A stretch of 62,760 nucleotides of DNA, counting the filler, from Gonapodya sp. JEL0774 (lineage: Eukaryota): NCBI GenBank assembly GCA_027604505.1. It is 14 parts of 14 records of this genome, joined end to end, with 100 filler letters (N's around TTAATTAATTAA, not from the genome) between each part and the next. Parts side by side here need not be neighbours in the genome. Positions count along the whole stretch, not along the records: positions 49,429 to 53,807 come from JADIIX010000965.1; positions 53,908 to 58,284 come from JADIIX010000966.1; positions 58,385 to 62,760 come from JADIIX010000967.1; 11 more parts are not named here. One strand, given 5' to 3'. The first letter of the stretch is position 1; each line of letters opens with the position of its first letter. The notes below the pieces were generated by a model. That model saw nothing but the letters and a program-made list of their open reading frames with translations, was not told the DNA's origin and did no database searches. This document shows, in pieces, positions 52,501 to 62,760 of this stretch. Position numbers and translations under genes: made by a program.

Positions 52501-53807
52501 AACATTACTGTGATCTATTTAATCAGCTCTTCTCCGTTATACTGTCGCAATTCCTCGCTGTCTTTGGGGAGTCGCGCGAAAACATCCCCTCGAAATCGGC
52601 ATTTTGGTCTGAAATGTTGATTCTCCTCGGTGAGATATGGTGTAACTCACCATCCAAATAATAGATTGGATTTAAATCTTCCGGTTGTGCAGGTGTCAGC
52701 CAGTTTTTAGGAATCTTTTTATCTTCATACTGTTTTGGACGTGAGTTTGGAACTACGGTTCGTTGTATTCGTGGTGAATCTGGGACTCAGATGAGATTAC
52801 ACCCTTTGATTATCTATGAAACTAAAGTTGCCGGTGAACGGATGACGGGACGGCTTCGCGTAGCGTGTTTCTCGTCCATTGTGCGGATGGAAATCGGTTT
52901 CTTCGACGACGCTCGGAACTCTACCGGCAATCTGACAGGGAAAGTATGTACGCGGTCGCACGATTTTGGAGGCTTGTCTCACTCAAAAGTGTCGTATCCA
53001 AATACAGCTTGCAGATGACGCTCCACGCTTGAAGGACCTTTTCACCGAGTGGGTTTGTCTGCCTGAAAACTATTCTTACAGTGTGTATCTCGGCAGAGTA
53101 TGCTAAAGAGTGCATCTACTCCCCTCGACTAGTGCCATATCCCTGATCGTCCGCATGGTCGCCACTTGTGTTGTCGGCATCTCTATCGCGCTCGCCAGTG
53201 GATGGAAACTCACTCTCGTGGTTCTGAGCCTTACCCCGCTCATCTTCGTTGCCGGCAGGATTCAAATAGGAAGACAGAATCGGCAACTCTCTCGCGCAAA
53301 AGTGGAGTTCGAGGGTGTCAGTCAGACAGCAACCGAGGGGTATGTTACATGATACCTTGAAACAGCTTTTCTCTCACGGAAATGACCATCCAACTCACTC
53401 ACCAAACCATTCAATCCTAGTATCGCCAACATCAAAACCGTCGCCTCTCTCCACCGCGAATCCACCTTCATCGCGGACTACGCCGCGGAGCTCGTCGCGC
53501 CGCACCGCAGGACGATCCAGAGCGCGTGGACGCAGTCGTTCGGGAACGGAATCATGACGTTCGTGACGTTTGGTATCTTGGGGTTGTCGTTTTGGTACGG
53601 AACGAACCTGGTGGCGTCGGGGGAGTACTCGGCAGCGCAGATGGTGAGCGAGGGTAACGGTGCTGTTCTTGCTTGTCATATCGCGTTCCGAGAAATGGTG
53701 TGCAATTCTTCATCACGCCAGCAAACCTGCATCTTCGCCGTCCTCTTCACGCTTCTCTCCCTCTCCACCGGCGCCAACTGGGCCCCATCCTACGCCAAGG
53801 CCCGCAC
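49564..53807 (+). CDS. ABCB/MDR (P-glycoprotein-like) full transporter, 3' truncated, many introns
   Basis: [24 protein letters not shown], Walker A GASGSGKST (split by an intron), [34 protein letters not shown], second TMD FFDD..NSTG.L. Confidence 0.95.
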
Positions 53808-54649
53808 NNNNNNNNNNNNNNNNNNNNNNNNNNNNNNNNNNNNNNNNNNNNTTAATTAATTAANNNNNNNNNNNNNNNNNNNNNNNNNNNNNNNNNNNNN
53901 NNNNNNNTCCATCTCGGTCGCCTGCCCTTCTTTGGTCCTCTTGCAATACTTTTGGCTCGTGAGGATGGTACGGGCCGTGGGGTCGAGGTTTGGGCCGGGG
54001 GCCAAGGAAGGTGGGAAGGGAGGTGCGACGGAGAGGAAGGAGTGGAATGGGACGGCGAATGGGAACGGAGTAGGGAATGGGAAGGTGGGGTACGGGGAGA
54101 CCGACCAAGGCGCAGAGCGGGGAAAGGAAGAGTGACTCGCACGAGCCACGGTGGAAGGGCGGACGCGGACCGAGTGACTTTTCCCCCATCATGGTGGACT
54201 GCAGGGTAGGCGGATCGGCACACGGGGTCAGAGTCACCACTATGCGGCATCTTCCAGCCGTTGAGGTATGGAGAGGACGGACAGAGTGTGTGGGTGGGTC
54301 GGGCACCGTGGCGGTTGTTGGTACGGATGGAGACAGAGGGTGATTTGAATGTAGTAGAGTTCCATGTCGGGAGGTGGAAGGGTCAGGGATTGGTGTGGTG
54401 TATTATGGGTTGCGGTCTACGGCTTAGATTACTTTCTATTTTGTTGTTTACATTTACGTAATTCTTACGCGGTTGTATAACGGGTAGTGCTGTCATAAGT
54501 GCGGATTTCTTTTCCCACGCAAGTTTAATTGTGTGAGCGGGGCTGATGGTGTCAGAAGGTGCATTGTTTACTTGCACGCATGTCTTGCTCCCGTCTGTTT
54601 TGTCCCGGGCTCCAGCCTCTAACTTGATGTGACGTCATATTCGCTCCCA

Positions 54650-57600
54650 ACTACATTGGAACTATGATTTTTGTGATACCGTTAATAAGGAGCTGGAAAA
54701 GTATTCCATCCAGCATTGTTTATGAGGATGTAGCAGTGTCAATTTTTATGTTGTTCCATTCAGGGAAAATGGATCACACAAATGAATGAGGATTGACTGT
54801 ATCCAGGCTCCAGCATTTGCCTGTCATCAAAACATGATGCAGGCTTTCACAGACAACTCTGTTTTTGAATAGTCCTGATCTAGATCTGTTTGGTGCTGGT
54901 TTTTTTTTTTTTTTTTTTTTGTGTGCACAGTGGTTCTGATCAGGTTAACTAGAGGGAGAGCATGGCTGGCCAAAAGGTGCAAATGAAAGTCAATGCCCAA
55001 TCGCACAATAAAAAATGCCAAGTGTTGCACTCATTATTGAGTGATTCTGATCAAAAACCAACTCTCACACACCAGTCCTTTGATTTTTTTGGTTGTGCTC
55101 ACATTAGTATCTGTAGCTTTTGTGCTGCCATCTGGCCGAGAGACCCGCCCAGGCCTCCTCATGGTGTGTGATTGTGGGTGGTCAGTGGTGGTAAGGTTCC
55201 TTGCTGGAAACATTACTGTATTGTGCCAACTATTTTTGGAAGGTGTTTGAGATGCTGAAGAAGGTCAAATTGCAAATCCATGGTGGACTTCATGTGAGTC
55301 TGCAAGGGGGATGATCATGACTAGACTTCCCTCTGAGCATGTCACAGTCATAACAAGACTCTCTTCACAGAGCTCATGCATGTTCTGAACAGCTTCAATG
55401 TTGATCAGCTGTTTGCTGGTAGAATGTGATGTCATCACTCATCAGTCATGATACTTCCCTTCTGTGTGTATATTTGCTGTCATACTAAAATGACCCATGC
55501 TTGATGCTCTCATACTGTTTTTCTTTCCCTGCTGTGTGTTATGATTTTCTCAAGCCACCAGCAATTTGCAGAGGGATCTATCAACTGCAGTCTGCACTGG
55601 TCACTGGTATATCCAATATCAAAACTCCTTTATGGGTTACAGACTTATGGTGTACTGTTCAGTTAATTTTCACAGGTCACAACACCTTGCAGAAGGATCT
55701 ATCAATACAATGGTCCCTGTCAATTCCAAATCCTTCACAGCTAGTTACAGACTTACTTTCTAGTTGTTTTTTTTGACAGTTTTACACCCTTTAGTACAAT
55801 TCTTATTTGTTACTGCTTCAAAAATTCTTTCTTGACTCCAGAATGCCAAGGCAGGTGACATGTTGATGGCCTGTGCAAGCATGACACCCACAAATCACTT
55901 CTGCCACATACTGCATGATTTTTTGTTGCTCCTCATGTCTCAAGGGTGTATCTTTTAAAAATTTTCATTTCTGAGTATTGGTTTTTGTATACACCTTTGC
56001 AGTACCATGGTAATGAGGTTGTAAACTGTTAGATGTGATGACAGTGGTGCGGTTCTGATTGCTGACCATCTGCAGCACCTGGGCTACTTAAGCCTGGCCT
56101 GGTTTTGAATCTGTAATTTCATTGCGTTGCTTTTGCAGAGGACTCCCTCTTCTTGAATCTTGACAATGCATCTGACTGGTGTATGACATCATTATATATG
56201 TTCCCACAACATCAAAATTCTAAATTTCCAGAAGCAGTTACATAAGATCCTGGAGAGAGAATCACCCCACATCTTTATGGGTATTTAACTGCTTCAATCC
56301 ACTGCTTGAGCCCTATAACTTTTCGCCATTCACAAATACTGATCACCCAATTCAGGCATTTCACTGTCTTTCACAGACCACTGGCCTGGTTGAACATAGT
56401 CTGTCTAAATCTAATGTTGGTAGTATTTTTTGTGCACTTTGGTTCTGTCACTCAGACTCATGGAGGAAGAGTTTGGCCAGCTATGTATACCAGGCAATGC
56501 AGTTTATTGGTGATGATTTTTTAAGGCATCATACTACTTAGCATGCAATATCCTAGGCTCATTAAATGATTAACAGCAGATGACAGATTTTTGGGCCTAA
56601 GCTGAGGCATGAAACAGTGTGTGGTGTTGGCTCAACAGCCAATTGGTCTGTGCAGGTTGGTGTTTCCAAATTCAGATTGTTGGGCACTTCTTAGTGCTGA
56701 CAAAGAAGCCTCAGAAACTGGCTTGCAACTGGTGGCCACATGAATGCAGGTTCTACCACTCAAACTGGCCAGTGTAACATACAATGTCTGTTGAGTGATG
56801 CCCAAACATAAAACTGTTACTCTAATGGGGCCAAACTCTGATTCAAGCAGTACTCAGCATCTTCATGGGCATCATGCACTAAGTCTTAATTAATAGCTTA
56901 TCTTGGGATTTCAGCAGATTCATATGATGTGTTCACAATTTGTGAGAGAACTCTCCAGTTAGATTATTTTGTCCTGGCTGAGTTTCATTCTCAATGATTG
57001 TTATATTCCCACACCTAACTTTCAGCTGCCAGTAGAAATTAGTACAAAGTGGTGAGTTTTTGGAAGTGGGCCATCCATGCTAATGCCTTGATCAGCATGA
57101 GATGTCCTATTGTTGGAATATGTTTGGCATTGTTGCCATCATAATATGTGGATTTTTGAACTGTCAGCTAATCATCCAGTTCCCACAGTTTGATACTGCA
57201 TTTTTGGGCATCCTGACAAGTCCACAATGAAGTGGTAGGTGATGAAGGTGGTAGTTCGTTGCCATTGTCATCAGTTTCGCAGGTGAACAAAGTGAACACC
57301 CAAGTAAATGCTCAGAGCACAGAATGATTAAGAACAGGGAGTATAGATACTTCTGAAAGGCATGATGTGACATCAGATGATCTTCCATGCACCTTGGGTG
57401 TTCACTTTTTGGGCTTCCCATAACCAGTCAGTCTGCAATTACATAGAGGGTCCAAAAGTAGGACCTGCCAGCTTTGTTTAGCTGTGCCAGTGTGTGGAAA
57501 GAAAGCTGACCTCTTATCATGTGCACTCAATGCAGTCTCAAAATGCTCCCCAACTGTTTTTTCAATGCAGCTACCATATATATTTGAGTATTGCTCAAGT

Positions 57601-58040
57601 AACCATCTACCAATATCTTTTTTTTGGACCCTGTGCCATTGCAGACTGGCATGTATAATTGGCTCTTGATGCCAAAATGCATGGAGGCTACAAATGTGTA
57701 TGTGCGCAATGGGTCATGAACTGTGCCTTGGAGTAGACTGACTATGGCTACTCAAATTTGTTAACATTGTTACAGGTCTGTCACTGACAATGGCCATGAA
57801 TGGTCTTGGACTGGTGACTTATAGAATAGGGAGGAATGTCTTACAAGATATATGTACAGATGATGGTGTTAAAGTGGCTTCTAACAGCAACTGGCCCCCC
57901 CACCCCCACCCCCCCACTTTGACTGTAATGACAAGTTGAATAGTTCAGTGAACATACACACCAATCATCAAGCACAGAGATGAGACTTGAGACGGTGGCT
58001 GGAGGAGTAAGAAGATTGAAGAACATTCACGGGCTTTGAA
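54650..58040. pseudogene. CpG-depleted, stop-riddled relic (TE or pseudogene), including a decayed RING-like motif at ~55010-55175 (+)
   Basis: Almost no CG over 3.4 kb and no ORF over 100 aa; GCAHISICSFCA resembles the central RING C-x-H-xx-C-xx-C. Confidence 0.4.
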
Positions 58041-58384
58041 ATTGACGGCTCTGATTCACAAAGTCACACGGGCGAACAATAGATCCACAGATACCGTCGG
58101 ATAAATCGCCTTCTCGCGTTCTCCGCTGGGAGTTCTGAGTTCCAGATTGTCCCGGTGTGTCCCGTTGCCAAAGTCGAGGCCACAGCGCAGTCTTGAAAGA
58201 GCGGATTCAACTCCCCACCCAGCACACAGCACACACAACACGCAGCCATGTGGAACGCATGGCCACAGCTGCCATCACTCCCATNNNNNNNNNNNNNNNN
58301 NNNNNNNNNNNNNNNNNNNNNNNNNNNNTTAATTAATTAANNNNNNNNNNNNNNNNNNNNNNNNNNNNNNNNNNNNNNNNNNNN

Positions 58385-59039
58385 TGAATCCAGAATGAGT
58401 TCTGCGGCTCCGATGTACTTGATCTCATACAGACAAGAGAATTCGAATCCACGCCATCGAACGTCATTGCGCAATGGATAGTTTCGCAGAGCAAACAAGA
58501 TACCCTTCAGAATGTCCACGCCGTTCGGTGAAAGGACGGCTTCGTGAGTAATATAGTCTGTAACCTCAAGTGGCATGATACCCTTTGCGAGCAAGAGTGG
58601 TAAAACGTCCCTGCATCTCGAATCCAACAAATAGTTCAGCGTTCGTTTCCACTCGTCAAACGACACCGCCCCATAAAAAACATCGTAAGACTGGACCGAT
58701 CGGAACGGCCGCTTCTCACAACAATCAAGAATGGCCGCGATGACGGGCAGATCGAGAGGATCGCGTCGGCATTCACGGGTGAAGGCAAGTTCGGGAGTTC
58801 TGAGCCGCCGGATCTCGCGCCGCTATGAGAGCCGGTGAACGGAGAGCCGGTAAGGTAACGCGTGTTATGGCTCCAAGGGGAAGGCCGAGTCGACAATCGG
58901 GGAAGTAGTGGAGGATCAAGAGGATGATGTCGAATGGGAGTTGGCAGAAGCGGGAGGTCGTAGGCGATAGTGCGAACGTCTTAAGCATTTGAATGCGGAG
59001 CTTCCAACCGAGATGGGAAAACGTCGGCATGGCCAGCAT
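58385..59039 (-). CDS. 5' part of an F-box protein (3' truncated; frame shifts or introns)
   Basis: FCQLPFDIILLILHYFP F-box-like start. Confidence 0.45.
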
Positions 59040-59789
59040 GGGACGCTACATCTGGTCCACAGACGGGGTGTCCACAGCCACACCGAGAAACACTGCGTGA
59101 TTCATCTCGCGAATATGTTGATGGTGTGAAATCGACCAAGAAACGAAACATACACACCATGTCGACTCTGGACGTGGGGCGATTACATACATGTCATGAA
59201 TCATGAATCGTGCCAGGCACCTGTTCACGTCCTTGCACACTGCACACGGAATAATTTGAGTTCATGTTCAACGTTCTCCGAAAGAACAAGTAAAACCGTC
59301 TGCTATTACAGCTACAGGTATGCAACATTTTAGCCAGGTTGGCCGTCCGGGTCAGATCAAGCCACCCTCCTGTCCCCCACATATATTATCACATATTCCG
59401 CACCCTCTCCAACACCGATTGTCGCATCTGCCAATCCCTTTGCGAGTTTCATTTTCTTTTGAGACGTGGCAGGGCTGGTCGCTCCCCGCAATTTGGAGTT
59501 AGGGGAATATTCGAGACGCCGATCGTCGAGTCCTGCGACCGCTCGTGCCAGCTGTCTGCCAGTATAACGTCCTGCACATATCGCGGATCTCCAGCAACAT
59601 GTTATTGAAGTCGCTGCTCGACTTACCCGTACGTTGCGGTCTCACTTCCACCTTAAAACACATACAATACATGAAGCCCTCGCTCCATTCCATTCACCCT
59701 ACCCTAGGACGAACTCCTTCTCCACATCGTCGCACTCACACCTCACGACGCGTTGCTTCTCCGCCTGTGCCTCTCGTGTCGTCGGATGG

Positions 59790-61327
59790 CTAGGTTCCTG
59801 GACGAGCCCCGGGTGTGGACCGAACGGGCAGGGAGGAGGCTGGGCGGTGTTGTGGATGCGGGGGGAGACGCGCGGGGTGGGGGCAAAATGGCTGAGAAGA
59901 CGCGATATATCGAAAAGGGTTAGTTCTCTGGAGTCAGTGGTGGTTATGGGGTTCGCCGTATTCGGTTTGACCGTCGATTCAACTCGCCCACTCTCTGATT
60001 TGGGCACCCTTTCCCAGCCTCATTATTTGTACCCGTCAGCAAGTTTGACATCTACGGACTTGACGGGTACCATTGGATCTACGGGCCGGATTACACCAGG
60101 TAAGTATCCTCCGCCTGTACCTCGGTAGAAGATGTGCTCAAAATGCTGGAGCTGAAATCATTCTTGGCATCCTGGCACGTTGACTGGCCTTCCTCAAATA
60201 TCTCAGCCCCACTGGCTCCGCTGCGACCCTCAACGCAGCAGTGAGCATTCTCGATGTGAGTACCGGTTACCGGTTGCTGCCGCCCCACGATTGCATTTGA
60301 ACTCAACCCATGTACGGCCACACAACCCACAATTTAGATGGATGCCCGCCTCACAAACGTACCTCCCGGCACCTACCTCCCTATTTTCTACGTCTCTTTC
60401 ACATTCAGTCCGTCGAACATCACAAACATTGTGTGCGATACGTGGTGTCAGCTGGAGCAGGACGTACTGACCGGTAGTGATGGGGACTTGGGTGTCGAGG
60501 CTACTGAGGGTGAAGAGAATTGTGAGGACCGTTCGGGCTCGACTGGAGGCGCCGAGTACGTCTTCAGCTACCAGGTCATAGAGGGTGGCGCCCACCGCAC
60601 TCCGTGGGTCACTTCTACTCGCCAACAGCATCAGCACAACACATCCCGTCGTGCGCACACCCCCATCACACCACCTTCGTCATTTGCATTTTCCCACGCC
60701 GACCAGGTCCGATCCCCTTCGGGTCAGAAATCAACTCTAATTCTTCTCTACCCCGAGACGAATGAATGGATATGCGTCGCACCTGATCCCACTAGAACAC
60801 CGGATGGTCTGGGATTTGTGATTGTGCCAGAGATTGTGACCACCGCAACGGTGGACTCGAAGCATGAGGGGCAGACAAGCGTGACCCATGAACACAAAAA
60901 GATCAAACGACTTAGATATGCCACTGTGAGAGCCAGGATACGGAATATAGGGCCCGACATGAAACGCGGGTTGCGCATCGCAGGGTTCGAACTCGTCCGG
61001 GTACCGGACCTCCCTGGCCCACCTGCGTATGCAGAAGCAGCCGCATCAGACCAGCACTCTAAAGCCATCGACACGTCGAGACAGACGTGTGCCCCGATCT
61101 TCCCTGATCCAGGCCCACCGCGGGTGTTTTGGAACTCTCGGGACGTGGCCTGGTACCTTGGAAGGGCGGAGCCGTGGTTCGCAGGGTATGAAGCTGGAAG
61201 AGCAAAGGTTCTGAAAGTCATGGGCAGTGTGAGAAGTCGGTTGTTGAAGGGTTGGAACACGGGGTTGCATGCGTGGTTTGGTGGAAAGAATACGAAGGGG
61301 GCGGTGGACAATGCGGCGAGTACATGA
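59790..61327 (+). CDS. Hypothetical spliced protein, possibly PP2/galactose-binding-like beta-sandwich; 5' end uncertain
   Basis: 329-aa terminal exon with VPPGTYLPIF and VRARIRN..DMKRGLRIAGFELV; upstream GT-AG introns at ~60099 and ~60241. Confidence 0.45.
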
Positions 61328-62129
61328 ACTCCAGGACTTCGTCGCATTCGACTATAACTATGCACTGATTTATTGGACGGTGTTGATGATGTCCGTCGGC
61401 TATCGCATGCATACATATCTATTTTCTGAATATATTGACTTTGAGTAATTATAACATCGCATTCCTAGCAATTTCATTTACAACTTTATTTCAGGTCGCC
61501 GGGCAATGCGAGTCACCAATCTTTGTTTGTGTGGTCTCCTTTTGTCCTGTACTGAAACATGACCAGCCTTTTGGAACGGTCTCAGACACTGAGACCCGAA
61601 CAACCCAACCAACTTGGGATGTGTATTATCTAAACCAATGCGAGTTCATATCTATAATCCGAACGTAGAACACATTATGATTAATTCATTTCCGTTCTGC
61701 AGCCCGTGGCCTTGTCCGGGAACACCTCGTGACGAAGCACCAATCTTACCAATCTTACGAACTCTGTACATTTAGACCAACTGACCATTTTCAGCCACAA
61801 TATAACACATCTTACATCTTTCTGCGACGGTTGGAGACGCTGAGGTGCCCCTTTCGCATTGAGCGACCCTCATCTCGCATAATATTAGGGCACAAATCGT
61901 CTACACCGTCCCACCATACCTTTCACCACACAACTGAACCCTGAAAATGAACTTGCTGCAACCCCCATCACAAAGCCAGTTCCGCGGTCGGCTCAAGTTC
62001 GCAGGCAAATCTAAGCCTTCCATATTGGTGCTGCCAGTGAGTTGCTCTTCGATCTTGAACAGTTTCGTCTTTCGGCAGCGTGGCCGATTCGACCCGCACA
62101 TTCTTAAAATTCCTTTCATGATCCGTCAT

Positions 62130-62760
62130 ATCCGCATCCGAAGGATGAAGTCCTCTCAGCGGTCATGGAACGTATGCTGGCAGACGCCCACGTCTTGTTG
62201 TTCGCGAGGTCGTGCAAAAGAACGGGCCGACTCCTCTACGAGCAAAACATGTGGAAGGGTCGGTTTGCCCGGAGAGTCGGGTTCGAAAACTTGGCTGATG
62301 TGGTGAAAGTGATGGACTGGAGGGCGCTATATAGGGAAGAAGGTTTGTCTTCGTCACGTTTTTCGGTTGTTGGATATTACTCCGAAACGTGATCGCCTGC
62401 GCATCCGCTCATATTCTCAGGCAAACTTTTAGTGTCCGCAAGTAAAATGAATATTGGCGCGCAGAAAAGAGATACAAGGCAGTGGCTACAGCGGAGTGCG
62501 ACCAGGTAAGTTGGGCTTCCGTTGCTTCCAGAGCACAACCTCAGATGATAGTATAACGCATAACCACACTACGGGACAATATTCGCCTACGACAGTCCAA
62601 CAAGAGAAGCGCTGATATTCAATTCCTTCAGGACCATAGAGGTGTGTGTTGGATGTACTCCTCGATTTGCGTTTCTAACCCCCTGTTCTGTACTTCACAC
62701 CGACAGATAAACATGAATATCCTCGGGGTCCCACCCGGCATCTACCTTCCAATCTTCCAC
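62130..62760 (+). CDS. F-box-like protein, 5' part (spliced, truncated)
   Basis: PKDEVLSAVMERML...LFARSCKR...MWK.RF...DWRALY F-box pattern. Confidence 0.5.

Overview
This is not one contiguous locus. It is 14 unrelated ~4.4-kb contigs in order of decreasing length (4404 to 4376 bp), joined by an artificial 100-nt linker (N44-TTAATTAATTAA-N44), so no gene linkage can be inferred across linkers. The DNA is from an intron-rich eukaryote with short GT-AG introns, most likely an early-diverging fungus (inference from a fungal transcription-factor domain, a Gfd2/QIP-type nuclease and an EPG5 homolog). Recognisable genes: ERD1-like EXS protein, Crz1-like C2H2 factor, PRP22, an NDR-kinase N-terminus, LEO1, NAA15 C-terminus, lipin/PAH1, a Gfd2/QIP-like DEDDh nuclease, an EPG5 C-terminus, an ABCB/MDR transporter, two 2OG-Fe(II) oxygenases, an ankyrin protein and several F-box proteins. 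CpG-depleted transposon relics are also present (Ty3/gypsy chromovirus 3' end, MULE-like relic). Most interesting: (1) a CpG-intact, GC-rich element abutting the gypsy relic, with ~1.2 kb of densely hairpin-forming sequence beside a spliced gag-like ORF; (2) an orphan gene with a possible class-I-aaRS/CDPS-like fold, a duplicated exon-intron unit and flanking direct repeats; (3) a ~155-bp repeat array with a ~930-bp higher-order period; (4) an interstitial (CCCTAA)6 tract plus hairpin; (5) a fungal EPG5 in CpG-depleted DNA. All family assignments come from motif recognition, not database searches.
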